Below are positions 12,201-25,000 of a stretch of DNA of 64,000 nucleotides, one piece after another. Below the pieces are notes generated by a model that saw only the letters and a program-made list of their open reading frames with translations, was not told the origin of the DNA and ran no database searches. This DNA comes from Haliotis rubra (lineage: Eukaryota): NCBI RefSeq assembly GCF_003918875.1, contig NW_025766558.1:1364001-1428000 (forward strand), read 5' to 3'. Position 1 is the first letter of the stretch, and each line of letters opens with the position of its first letter. A program made the position numbers and the translations under genes.

Positions 12201-14469
12201 TATGTGGTCCCAATTTCAAATTCAAATCATTCATAATTTGCAAAATTCTACACAGTAATCCTATCCCACATAAATGTCATGAGTGGAACTTGAACATGAC
12301 TGTACAGTTGATAATGATGGAATGAGCCAGAGTGAGAGCCACACAGCTGTACATAGTAACATCAATGTGACTGATGTCTAAACCAGCTGCAGATTCTTTT
12401 GGCAGCTGTATCATATGTACAAATCTGTCTCACAAACCCAGAGTCTTTGGAGGAAATGGTTTCAGTGTGAGCTACAGACACACTTTCTTCTCTTGTAAAT
12501 ACACTTACACAAACAAAGTATTGAGTAATGGTTCAAACACATTTTGACTTGTGACAGCCATGATTAAAATTTGTTAAGAATCCTAGGCACTGGGAACATA
12601 CACAAGAGCATAACCACCCCAAAATACAGGTCTTAGGCTAAATCCTGCATTTATCAATATTACAGTAAACTCATTACAAGGGTGCCAAGAATGGGCTGAA
12701 TGTTGTCTGTTCCACTGTTCTCTTGTTGAGACATAGCTGCAGCCATTAATGAAGTTTATGAGATTCTTCAATAAAAACATTGCACTAACCTGTAACAAAT
12801 CACTGAAGTCCAGCAACATATGTACTGTGGATAAGGAAGATAATGTCAGAACAATAAGGATACAAGGTCTCATCCAAGAAACAAGATCATAAGCTGTGTC
12901 GTCCTGGTGTACTGATCAGAGCATGTGCCTAGATACTGCAAGGTCAGCAGTTTCATCCCTGTGACACATACACACACATCTACATGTACAAGTACACTAG
13001 TCTTGAACAAAACTCATTTCAGACCACATGACCACCATGAGCTAGATATAAGTACAAAGGATATGAGGTGTTCCTTCCGTCCTGCACACCAAATACAAGC
13101 ATGCAGCAATGACATTGTTGGTCTTGCGTCCCCGCGTCAGTCTTTTAGTGACAGCCATCTTGAAGAAGTTAAATGCAGTGTCTATGCAGTGTTGGTTCAG
13201 CTTCATCTGTGCACCAAGCTGCTGGATTTTCTTTTTACCTGCACACAAAGAAGTGAGATGTTGTAAATGTACTCGCATGATAAAGGGATATACTATCTTC
13301 ACATAGAAGAGTGATGACCTGTACATGTGCATCTTTTTTATATTCACGTAAAATAGTGATGCTTTGTAAATGTATATGATGCAGTTATGGGTGATAATGC
13401 CACTCTCCTCTAAGACTGCTATTATCCAGGTGAGAAGGTCCCCCTCACATAAGGAATGATATCTAAAAACAAAATCATCTCAAGACCCAGATTTACTGAA
13501 AACAAATTTATTTATTCAAATGGCTGCTCTTCCAAGATTATTCTGCTACATTATTTCATTGTATTTCACCAAGTATTTCTGGGGAAAAATCCCATTATAT
13601 TTCTACAAACCTGGTCAAGGGGAAATAACTCCTTTTGGCAGCTAGTAATGTAACCTGTAAGGGGGGATAACTCTGATTGGTTTTTATACTAACCCCCACT
13701 TTCCCAGAGATAACATGTTGGTCATGTTGTCACATTCATGTCATTAATGAACTAAACCTAATTACCCTCAAAGGCTCCTAATGTTATTGCTGCTGGAACC
13801 TATAGTGTTGATTGATGATTTTAAAGAACCAAAGTTTAGTTACCGTTCTGCAGCGTCATGGTCCGTGACTCCCGGGCAAAGCCATGATGAAAGCCTCCCA
13901 GACCCTGAGACTTGGTTCCTGGTTATAAACAAATTGAAAGCAATGGTTAAAAAACATCAAGGTTTTCATCATTCAAGCTTTCCATGCACAGTTTAGATTA
14001 TTTATTATCCATAATATCCATTTCATAATCATATGAATTGCTACATAATAGAAGCGGCAAAACCTGTCCCACATCCATAAGAAATCAGTGATTGTCATCA
14101 TGTGATACGATGACACAGCATGCGTTTATACATCACTATAACATAGGTTTGATAACAGGTGTTCGCGAGAAGGTGAGCGTATCCTGCCCCACTGGTGGCA
14201 CCCCTCATAAACATAACTCTAGTCCATTGTTCACCTGAAATAATTCGGGAACATATGGTATAAGTCAAAATAGGGCAGAACTCACCATCTTGTGACACAT
14301 ATTGGCCTATCACTGAGGCACCCCCTGCTGAGTTTTCCTGGAACTGCACCTCCGAGACAATGATCTGGTCCTCCAGGACAGATCCACAGTTGGTACAGAC
14401 TGCATCACCCCGGGCCTGATCAATGTCGATGTCAGTACACCCACACTGGGTGCACGCTCTGCTCGACAT
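285..14469 (-). CDS. BRF1: Transcription factor IIIB 90 kDa subunit (TFIIB-related factor 1); 3' part lies beyond the left window edge
   Basis: Phase-consistent exons on the minus strand: 14469-14286, 13918-13844, 13238-13065, 12821-12790, 12071-11999, 3578-3429, 2444-2351, 1682-1556, 1280-1166, 900-601, 352-285. Encodes a Zn-ribbon (CTQCG...[19 protein letters not shown]), cyclin repeats ([36 protein letters not shown]; [16 protein letters not shown]...[18 protein letters not shown]) and [14 protein letters not shown]. Exon 9/10 boundaries are less certain. Confidence 0.95.
531..616 (-). repeat. 30-bp x3 tandem duplication of a BRF1 exon end plus 5' splice site
   Basis: Minus strand GTGATTCAG|GTGGGT occurs three times at 30-bp spacing. 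Confidence 0.85.
1755..2190. repeat. 37-bp minisatellite, about 12 copies (BRF1 intron)
   Basis: Unit TGACTACCCCTGACTACCTCATAATGTGAGGGCTATG. Confidence 0.95.
4440..5245 (+). promoter_or_regulatory. Probable BTBD6 promoter and non-coding first exon
   Basis: Locally CpG-enriched stretch ending in a consensus donor AAAC|GTAAGT (GT at 5240-5241), upstream of the acceptor at 5935. Confidence 0.5.
5962..9194 (+). CDS. BTBD6: BTB/POZ-BACK-PHR protein of the BTBD3/BTBD6 family, nested antisense in a BRF1 intron; one +1 frameshift in an A9 run (8909-8917)
   Basis: Exons 5962-6422 (acceptor ending 5935, donor AG|GTAAGG) and 8161-9194. Motifs [40 protein letters not shown] and the PHR domain [27 protein letters not shown]. 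Removing one A gives ...[12 protein letters not shown]...[27 protein letters not shown], about 497 aa. The symbol could equally be BTBD3, as invertebrates likely have one co-ortholog. Confidence 0.92.
6505..6851. mobile_element. hAT-like MITE in the BTBD6 intron
   Basis: TIR CAGGGATTTACA / TGTAAATCCCCG; flanking direct repeat CTTAGTT. Confidence 0.65.
11298..11780. mobile_element. Mutator-like MITE (9-bp TSD, long TIRs)
   Basis: Imperfect TIRs of about 60 bp (CATTCGTAACT...CGTCCCTTTCCGTAATCTGAAAGA / TCTTTCAGGTTACGGAAAGGGACG...AGTTACGAATG); AAACCACAA duplicated on both sides. Confidence 0.85.
12822..13064 (-). other. U12-type (minor spliceosome) AT-AC intron in BRF1
   Basis: On the minus strand the 5' end reads ATATCCTTT, a branch-like TTCCTTATC lies at 12838-12830, and the 3' end reads ...AGTAC. 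Joining restores [14 protein letters not shown] in frame. Confidence 0.92.
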
Positions 14470-15457
14470 TCTGGCAAAAGATAACAGTCAATTAGTATCT
14501 ATAAACAAAACAACAGATGCAGAATAGCTGGATATGAAATACTTAAGTGCATATGCAGGGGATAATAATTATATATTTCTAATCATACATCTTAAGATTG
14601 TGATTTGTTGCTACACTATGGTACATTTACAATGTATATGTAATATACAACCAGGGCTCCAGATTATTTTTCATGATCAGAAGTATGTACTCCTTATTTT
14701 TTCAATATAGGAGTACTGGAAAAAAACAATAAGAGTACATTTAAAGTACTAAAGAAATTTAATGGAATATCAGTAATCTTGAAATATTTTATTTTGTGAA
14801 TTATGCTTCATATTTCTAGACTAATTTTTGCTTGGTGATGATGCCTATCTAATTAATCGTGTCTAATAACTGAACTTCAAGAACTATATTTTAATTCCCT
14901 AGAAAACAGATCAACAATTTTGACATGTTTGAGAGTCATTGTACAATTCTGACTTTATGACAAGTATGTGTTTATGAATTACTGTTAATAAAAGCTTTGG
15001 CGCAAAATAAGCTTTAATATTCAGAAGGAATGTCTACAGGGTTTTATACCTTTTTAGTGGGTTTACAAGGCAGACTGACAAGAAACAAGTAAAAACAGTG
15101 GGGAAAAATGACTATTGACAAATACCCATTTTGTATTTTGTCCAATACTATTTTGCAATTTAGTTAATGAAGAAAAACAATAACTTTCATCATAATCATT
15201 ATCATCTATTCATAAGAAATGTTAACTAATATTTATCAAGTTTGTTTGTCACATAATGAAAAAGATCCAATCAATTATCTTTTCGTATCACTTTGCAATT
15301 GTACTTCCTGGTCAAGATAATGTATATGGAGAGTGTATAAATGACAAGGGTATCGTTTCACATTTTACAAAGCATAACAAGAAACAAACAGGATGGAGTA
15401 CTTTATGCTTTGAATAGTTTGTCTTACAACAAAGAGGGATGCCTGAACACAGCTTAA

Positions 15458-16539
15458 AGGTCACGTGCAACCAAAAAATCAAACAATAAAATTAAAACAC
15501 AATTATCACTTATTCATGACATATAATATACATTGCTGATTATGAAAAACATATAAACAAAATTATAAGCGTACAATCGCAAATCAAAAGTGCAATATTT
15601 TGTACTTGGGTTTACTTCCCAAGAAACGAAGCAGTTGGGATACCGAACCCAGTCAGAGTGGGTGGGTGAGCACTCAAGTGTAACGGCTGGTTCATTTGAA
15701 GATGCCCTCACAGCTCATTGTGTGTGTATATATATAGAGATGTTGGGTTTTGTAAATACATGCTCATTTTTTGTGTATAACATTTTGCAATCAACCGACA
15801 TCATAACATGTCATGTGTACAAGTATCACACCTGCCTGTCTGTGTAATTACATTAAATGTGACAGAGACCGAACTCGGGCCATAAATCAATGCGATTTGT
15901 TATGGTGTATAGCCTGATAGGTGTTAAGTTCAAATTGCATGTGGTCAGTGATCGCAGTTGTGTATTGAATATTGTCATTGGCAGACATGCAGGCAGACAC
16001 ATAGGTGTCAATAAAACAGACATTGAGATTTGTCTGTGTCAACGACATATCTATATCACAGTTAGAAATTCTGTCAACGCTAAATAATGACATTGCTTTT
16101 AAATATCTAACTGAGAAAGCGACTCGTAAGAAGAATGTGTGGTGAAATAGACAAATGAAATTATACAAACAGTTAAATCGGTAATCTATTGTCATAACAT
16201 ATAAAACGCTCGCGCCTGTGAAATATCAACAAAACATTAGAAAAATAGCTCACACCAAAGCCTTCACCGAGTATTCACTGGACAACCCGCTTCCAAGCTG
16301 CGAGAACCTATTTCACTGTGCATGTGCTATGAGCGCAGCCCAGCTGGTGAAACCACTTTTCCCCTAAGTACTGGGGGAAAATCAGTGAATCGCTTGAACT
16401 CTGATTTCGTGCGGGTTTTTTCATCGCGTTATTTTTCAACTTTATAAGTTGAATTTGCATTTTTGATGATTTGTTTCGGTAAATCCATACCGAAAGGTAT
16501 CAGAATCTGCAAAGTTGTGTTTTACGTTGCATGTGACCT
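15458..16539. mobile_element. Non-autonomous Kolobok-like DNA transposon
   Basis: TIR AGGTCACGTGCAAC / GTTGCATGTGACCT, flanked by TTAA on the left and TTCA on the right; no convincing ORF. Confidence 0.7.
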
Positions 16540-16565
16540 TTCAGATAAATTGTAACCACTATACC

Positions 16566-16672
16566 CATAGGCGCCTGACTCTGATATATTTATAAGCATG
16601 ACCTAATATATATAACATATATGTGTTATACATAGGTCATGCTTATAAATATATCAGAGTCGGGCGCCTATG
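16566..16672. mobile_element. 107-bp fold-back MITE with 8-bp TSD (hAT/P-type)
   Basis: Near-perfect palindrome CATAGGCGCCTGACTCTGATATATTTATAAGCATGACCTA...TAGGTCATGCTTATAAATATATCAGAGTCGGGCGCCTATG; ACTATACC duplicated at 16558-16565 and 16673-16680. Confidence 0.9.
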
Positions 16673-17399
16673 ACTATACCCATCTTTCTTATATGGCATG
16701 TGACAATACACAATAATATGGCTTGTGTCATTTTAGCTTTTTCATTTTAAGTTTTTATTAGAACTGAACAAAATATTGGGACTGCACAAAAAATTAATTA
16801 ATTCTCGAAAATTTAAAAGCATCTCTGCATACTGAAAATAGTGAAGTGAAATACTAATTGTCACTATAATATATATCTAAAACGATTACAAAAAAACCCG
16901 TAAATGTCTGGAAAACTATGACATTCACATTCCTGTACTGACGACAAACAGACTTATCTTAAAAACAAAACAAAGAGATCGTGGAGCAAAGATTCGAACT
17001 CACTCTTGTCGTAGCACGAGGGGACAGTAATCCCCGCCACTCTACCACGGAGCTACAGCTGCTGCAAAATATTAGAGTTTATTTATATACATTTTGAATC
17101 TCGTGTGTACATTTTCACAAACACGACTCGGCTACGATCGACACTGACGTATAAGTTCTAGAAACTGACATATTATTTCACATGCATATATATGAAACCA
17201 CAAAATATTCAACAACATAAAAATCGTGCTCAGACCACGCGTGACAGATAAATTGGGTAAATTATCCGAAATATAGAACTAAAGTCATACGCTATGGAAA
17301 AACACGTATACCAACCTCTTCTCTAATAGTGAATCTAGATATTGAGTCAAAACTACTGCTACATGTATTTCCTCTGTTTCGCAACTATGTCATGAGAAA

Positions 17400-17625
17400 T
17401 CGCCGATCAACGACGAGAGGAAAGACTCGAGTTACAACTTTGCGCATGTGCAAATTTTAACAGTAAATCACTTCCGGTTTTTACAGGAAAAGCCGTTCCT
17501 GCAACTCATAAGTAATATTGTAGCCAGGGAAATGTACAGCGTAAAATAATGTGCATGATCCTGGTTGAAATGTTTTTGTTGACATTGCGATCATCGAATC
17601 TGACACTATAAAGGTTTGGTAAGTG
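17400..17625. promoter_or_regulatory. Probable bidirectional promoter for BRF1 and the KLHL gene
   Basis: CpG-rich. NRF1-like TGCGCATGTGCA at 17441-17452 and ETS-type ACTTCCGG at 17470-17477. Plus-strand donor TTG|GTAAGT near 17617. Both first coding exons (14470 and 19878) begin at splice acceptors, so both genes need non-coding first exons. Confidence 0.6.
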
Positions 17626-19932
17626 ATAGACAGGTGAGACGAAGAATCTCGCGGCACCTGCTGCTTTGTCGTCAAGTCTGTAGCTTCCGTCCCAACTTGC
17701 TCTGACCTCATCAGATTTGCGTGGCTACTAACCCAAGTGATGTCACACTATATGGTATTCAAATTGTTATTACTTTGCATGTATATGATATTATTATGTT
17801 TTGCTAGTTAAATACATAGGACGTGGTATATTTGTGTATACTTTTCAAGTTTTGAGAATGATATGAGACAAAATGGTACTCTCTCGATTTTTGTGCACTA
17901 CACCTTCTAATCTTCATTTGGGACATTAATCTTTGAGATCAATATCCAACTCTCTCTCTGGCTTGATCAGTAGCAATGTACTGCATGCTTAATAACTTCA
18001 TTTGTTGTTTAGAGGACTCTATCGAGAGATGTTTGTGAAACAAGGGGAATCCCCCATCACTGACCATTTGTTGGGGAAATTCCCTTTTTTCTGAAATTGA
18101 TTCATCTAATAATGGTGAAGACCATTGGATTGTTTGTATCAGTTCAACATTCAACACTTTCTTGTTATTATGATCTGTAATGGACAGAATATTCCAAGTC
18201 CTCAGCATTGGAGTACTTATGTGTCAAAAACTCACCCGTCAAAATTGCATGCATGAGAAGACCATGGTGAACCCATTTTTACAGTACAATCAGAACTCCA
18301 GATGATATATGTATTTGTGTAAATGTATGCCAAAATCTGGACTCCCCAGCATATTAATATGCATGAAAATCATAATGCTGCAGTGTAATGACACTGGAGA
18401 ATTATCCAATGGAGCCTTTCCAGCTTGCATATTTGTTCACTTTACCATGTTTACAAATCCCTCCTTACTTATTGAATGCAAGCATTGTGTCCACACAAAC
18501 TCGAGTACGGTGAATAATGGGAAAAAAGTGCTTTGTCTGTCGTAAATAATTTTGACATATATCATGATGTTTTGATGTCATAATCTTTTGCAATATATGT
18601 GACACATTTAGGGCAACACATTGTCACATGAAGCTAGAAGTAACCAGGTAAAGAATTTAAAGCAGAATTATGTTATTAAGGCTTACTCACTGGGTTAATG
18701 ATACCCGGTAGACTGGACCCAAAGGACTGAAACTATGCTGAAGACCAAAAGAAAATTACCAATATCTAGTGTAAATGCGAGTAATAATCAGGGGTTAAGA
18801 AAATATCTGGATCCCTCTGTCATGTTTACTAGTGAGTGACTAGGTTTTACAAATATTTAGGCTTTATCACCACTTAAAATTTAAATTACATGGGAAACTC
18901 AACCCTTCAATTTTTTTGGGTTATGTATAGCAAACATTTTCTTATATGTGCAATATTGATTAATGTTGGAGTTGGGGTGGTGAGGTAGCCTAGTGATTAA
19001 AGCGTTCGCTCGTTACGTTGTTAAGATCCAGGTTAGATTCCCCACATGGGTACAATGTCTGAAGCCCATTTCTAGTGTCCCCTGCCATGATATTGCTGGA
19101 ATATTGCTAAAAGTGTCATAAAACTCACTCACTCACTAATGTTGGAGTTCAATAATCATAAGGTTGGTTTAAGTGCCTGCTTGTCATGCTGAAAGCTCAG
19201 GTTCAATTCCCCACAACACTACATTGTGTTAAGGCCATTCCTGGTGTCCCCTGTTCATGATATTGCTGGAATATTTTTTTAGCCAAAAGCCATGCAAACC
19301 CATGTTCTTGCATGATAGCAATTTACAATGTGCCTGTGTAAACACTAGGTCTGCAACAATCCATCATGAGGCGAATGTGATACAAATCACAAATGTAGGA
19401 GAACAAACTTGAATAATTTGTGTGAATACCATAACAATTCATGTATTATTCACTTTATTCTGTGAACTTTTAAACAAAACTCTATTCATAAAAAAATCAT
19501 GAATTTTATATTCTAATGATGGTGAATAAAGATTGAATTCTTGAAGGAATAATATCTGATTCAGCAAATAAGCATGTGAATCATAACAACCCAAGTAAAC
19601 ACTGCAAAGACTCATCTAGTAGTTTTGGTCTCCCCAAAGTCACAAACAATACTCTCCCTTCTTAATTGAGATACCTCGATAGTTTGGAAACAGAAATAGT
19701 TCAAATCTATAGTTCTAGATGGTTCATTATTTGAATATTGTGTTTGTCTTGTTGACCAGGTCTATAAGACTGATTCTTATTTCCTGCCTTTTAAGTCAAG
19801 TTTTGTACCTACTGAAAATCCTGATCATGGTATAGATTTGTGAATGGGGTAATTCACTAGTTTCTTTGTTTCACTAGGAAATGTTAAATGCATGAGGCTG
19901 AGGGGGTCAAGAGAAGAAGACTGCACGCCACA

Positions 19933-22081
19933 ATGGCCGAGGGTCAGGAAGGGACTACTACCACGAATGGAGAGGTTTTCCGTGTTGAGGAACGGCCAGA
20001 ACATGGCATGAAAATACTACAAGGCCTGAACAAGCTGAAGAATGATAAGATACTATGTGACGTTACTCTCATTGCAGAAGGTAATGGGAACTGTAGTAAG
20101 TGAAGATGGCAGAGATTGAAATCTGTGTTTATTTTTCTATCTTTTACTAAAGTCTTCTTCTTCTTTATCAAATACTTCTTTTCTAATGTAAGAAATGGTC
20201 ATTTAACTGTAACTGCAATTAAAGAAAGTTGATAATTTCAAGTAATCCCTATTCATTTTAAACTACATAACCTCCTGAACTTTCAACTCGAAAGAGCTGG
20301 TGCATAAGTCTGTAACGTTTGACCTTAAATATCAAATGGATTCATTTAAATAGATACAAGTGTATATGGGTTAGAATAGTCTTTAGGAGTGTTGGTCTCT
20401 ATTGTTTCAGGACGCAAGTTCGATGTCCACCGAGTCATCCTGGTGTCGTGTTCGGATTATTTCCGATCCATGTTCACCAGCGGGATGCGAGAGAGCACAC
20501 AGAAAGAGATTGAGCTTAAGGGGATCACAGCAAAAGGTCTGGAGAAAGTCCTTGAAGTCATCTACACCTCGACTACCACGCTGGAGGGGGATGACATCTT
20601 TGACGTCATTGCCGCTGCTACCCATTTGCAGGTGACTCCGGTCATCGAGTTTTGTGAACGCAACTTCCTGAGTGGAATGACCACTACCAACTTTTATGAT
20701 TTTATCAACACAGCTAAGCTGTACAGCATGAACAATGCCCTGAAGCAGATTGATGTGTTTATAGCAAAAAATCTGATGCAGATAGCCAAAGAAGGAACTC
20801 TACAGTTGCTGACATACGAGCAAATGCTGAACTGTCTCAACAGTGAGAAGTTATGTCAGCGTGAGATCGACATATTCCACATCACCTGGGAGTGGTTGAA
20901 ACAGTCGCAGGCATCGGCAGCAGCAGCGCAGTCACAGGAGGACCATTCTCCGGCTCTCATGAAGCTGATCCGATTTCCTCTCATCAATCCCGCCGATCTG
21001 GTACAACATGTACAGAGAGTTGAGACGATGATGACCAACCCCGAGCTACGGCAGATGGTTCTTGGAGCTCTTAACTACCACGTTGTGCCACACTCTCAGC
21101 CCCTCGTCATGGCTTCAACTGTACAGCTCCGGTCCTACGTGGAGCGACTCGTCAGTGTAGGTGGAAGAGAAATTCACCCCAATCCTTGTCTTCATGATGA
21201 GATTTTAGTTTTTGATTCCAAAATTACTTCCAACAGTTTATTAAACCGTCAAGAAATTGCCACCCTGCCTAGTGCTCTTAGTCATATGCAGGTGGTGGTG
21301 TACAACAACTTCCTGTACGTTCTAGGGGGCTGCACCACGCAGTGTGCCCACGGTGAATCAGCCGTCAACTCAGTTTTACGATATGATCCACGGTTTGACA
21401 GTTGGTTTCAGGTGTGCCCCATGCTGAACAAGAGAGCATACTTCTTTGCTGGAGCTTTGAACAATAAAATATATTCTGTGGGAGGAAAGTTCAAAGATGG
21501 CAGTCTTGCAACAGCCGAAGCTTATGATCCTGCAGAGAATACGTGGGAATTGATATCCTCCATGCCGATGTCTTATCATGCTCATGCAGGGGCGGTCTAT
21601 AGCGGGCCATATTTATATTTCGGGCGGATACAGTGGCAACCATTTTACACCTGATATGCAGCGGTATGATCCGCAGACCAACCAGTGGGAAGACATGGCG
21701 CCGATGTTGACACCACGTGGTTGGCATGTCATGTGTGCGACACACGACAAATTATTTGTGTTTGGAGGATGCAACTTAAATGTGAATCAGCAAGCACAAC
21801 CAGTGATGCAGTCCGAGTGCTACGACCCTGCCATAGACCAATGGACTATTATAGCCCCTCTGTCTATTTCACATAAAGAGGCTTCTTGTGTAGTGTACAA
21901 TGACCAAATATATGTTCTCGGTGGCTACAATGTACAAACCAAGACGGGACAGAAGCTGGTGTCGAAGTATGACATATACACTGGTATCTGGGAGACTGTC
22001 GGGGCCCTGCCCAGGAGCCTGACCGGAGTAGGATATTGCACTCTGCAGTTACCTTCGTACAATGTGGATGAAGGGGACTGA
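19933..22081 (+). CDS. Kelch-like BTB-BACK-Kelch Cul3 adaptor (KLHL9/13/26/36 subfamily, closest in appearance to KLHL9/13); one +1 frameshift in GGG at 21604-21606
   Basis: Exons 19933 (or in-frame ATG at 19888) to 20080, and 20411-22081. BTB: [41 protein letters not shown]. Kelch repeats: LYVLGG...RYDPRFDSW, IYSVGG, IYISGG, LFVFGG, IYVLGG. Deleting one G joins the two long ORFs (AVYSGHIYISGG), about 605 aa. Confidence 0.9.
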
Positions 22082-25000
22082 GCATATGTACACTCCCGAC
22101 ACGGACTTAAAATGTGTTCTTGGGCATACTAGAAAACCTCAGTGTTCATGGTATCAAAATGATGGAAGAAGTTTGCAAGGAGGATTTGACCACATGAAAT
22201 AAGCTGTTTATGTGTAGTTTTGATGTGATATCTAATATTCGTTGCTATGGTTACTTGTACAAGAAGATCTATAGTGGTTACTGATCTTACTGGGCGTAAG
22301 GTTGATATTACGTGAAACGTTTCGGTTTTTGAAATACCTTTCTGTGTTTGAAATTAAGTATGAGGTCAAAGGTCCTGCTCCCCTTGCGTTACAAATTGAG
22401 GAATTAGGGGTTCATGGTTTCATAGACCTTGAATACACTGGAGCAGCGACCCATCCTCTTAATTTCTGTCTGCCATTTGGTGAATCATAAACTTAAAAAT
22501 ATATCATAACATTTTGTATTCCGACAAATCACTGTGTGTCCATTGGTTGAGTTTTCTGTATGAAATGCACAGAAAGCCTTCGGTCATAATTTTTGCTGTT
22601 GTCAGAAAGTATATCATATTATGTCAGTACAAAAGTTAAGAAAAATACCTGATGTTAAATTCTTGTGTATTTTGGTCATGCTAGAGCACTAAGTGCATCC
22701 CATAACAAACTGTATCACACCAAGTTTAAAATATTACTATATGAAGGTTTCAAAATTACTGCTTGGGTTCTGCAGTTGTCAAGGTTTATGAATTATGTTA
22801 AATTAAATGCCACAAGACAAGACTTATTTCAGTTGGCTTATTCTGTTGTAATAGTATGTAAGCTGGCCAAAAATATCGGAAACACTTTATATTCTGCTTA
22901 ACTCCAATCATGGAACATTTTTCATACAATAAGGAATGCAAGGCGATTATATTAACACTACACACTTGACCACATATATTCACATACCGTTTGTTTTCAA
23001 TGATAAAAGAAAAACTGCTGCAATTTCTGGTTTACTTTATATTATCCAATGCTTCTCACAAAGAACTTTTTCTCTTTTCTAATCATCCCATAAACAAGGA
23101 ATTAAAAAGCCTGGCCTTTGCTGAATTTGAAAACAGAAAAGAAAACACGAAAAGAGGCACCATTACTGACGCCAAGACAATCAGACACAAACAGTAAGAA
23201 GAAATTAATGACACATAAACTCACAAATTCTCCCTTTTTATCCCTGCAAAGTTCAACATTACCATGTGCTGAAGTTCGTGTGATCAATCTACCTGATGTG
23301 TTGAAGCAAGTCACATTCTGTTACCATGGTTCCAATGCATATATACTAGCTGCTGTTTCTGCCTGCAAGTGGAATTAATTCATTCTCTGATAAATGTCAA
23401 AGTTCAGCAGCTCCAGCATAACTCTGAACTATTGTTCCCCCTTAAGATATTTTCTCATCATGATGAAACATCATACACAAATAAAATAAGTTGGAAACGG
23501 ATTTTGTTATGTGAGAAACAAGGGGCAGATAATCTTGTCACCTTGGCTGCTACACTGTTGTTGCATCAAGGCCGTCTTCTGTATCTCAAGGGCTCGTACG
23601 GCAAAGTTCCTTTCTTTAACCCTGGATCCATTCCCATGCTTCTCAGGAGCTTGAATTACTCGACCTTGACCTTCATTAACACCTTACTCGTAAATCAAAC
23701 ATAAAAAAATCGTGTTTTTCAATATTGTATTTTACTTACCAATACCCAGTCTTGCGTGCCGTTTGGTCTAATTTATTCTCGGACTATAACTATCTTGGCA
23801 AGCTAAGATTTGTCCGGACCAATTGTAAGTTTTCATTACAGCTTACAATGAATTTAGCCAAAAAACCCTTTGTCTAAGTGGATCTCGTTTAATTTAACTG
23901 ATTTACAATAGTTATTATGTAAGTGGGCCCTTGAGATGCAGTAGATGTACTTACTCTTTCAGGCTGTAACACTACCTGGTGGTTGGTAGGCAATCATTTT
24001 GAAGACATATGCAGGCAACCTCCTTCAGTGGTAAAATGATTAGAATTAACTTTGTAAAAGTTTAAAGCACATAATGAGGAGGAGGAAGCTGAGGATATAT
24101 CCACAACTGTTTACTATGTTGACATCTGTGCTTACAAGTAAATCTCGTAATATGGTGAAGGTAAACTAACTAACCATCGTGAAACCTTTGTTTTATATAG
24201 TTCTCTGTGTCAAGTTATTCCAAGAATATTGTTGTATACATGTACTAATATTGTCAGCAACTATACAAAGATGATCAATTACTAGGGCACATGGCATCAC
24301 TGAAAACCAGAAACGAACACAAGCAGCATTCTTGTAGTTATGGAAGTGAATATGTTTCAAGAACATTTAAATCTGGATCTCTTTCTTTCCGAAAAGACAT
24401 TGAAATATTGCTTGGACATATAATGACTTGAGTGGACCCATGTATTCTGCATAATGGAGTGTGCATATATAAAACCATGTAATGATACCATGGGAACCAC
24501 TATCGCTGGTAACCGAAGTGGAACTAAACAACCTTCTTGCGAACATCCAGGAACCTATTGATCATTGGTTCCACGTGGAATCTTTGTGATATCTGTTAAT
24601 AATTGTAAATAGTTTTGCATTGTGTATTTCTAGGGACAGTCTCAACAGTTTTATTGATTTTATGTGTAGAAAACAATGATCCTTGTCCCAGGTGATAACA
24701 CCATGTATAACCTGCAGCTGAGGTCATATGAAGGCGTGTTCTCATAGGAAGGGTTGTTATCCGTATCACATACAGAGGTGCAGATACAGTACATATTACA
24801 ATGCTACCACGTGTAAGCCTTGTGGTTAACTGTTGGATGATCAGTTTTAGATGTGAGCGTCGGTGAGTGTTGATCATATACTGTGTCAGCAGCTGTGTAC
24901 GGTGATACATTGTTGTCATCTCTGTACTCCACCATCAAGCTGCATGTGTTACCATGACAACTAATCATGGTACTGCATCATGTAGCTGTTCCTGTTGTGA

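Noticed and set aside
16978-17060. tRNA-like sequence with A and B boxes on the minus strand; similar ones at about 11795-11895 and 60408-60505
   Set aside because: No convincing acceptor or anticodon stems; better explained as tRNA-derived SINE heads than tRNA genes.
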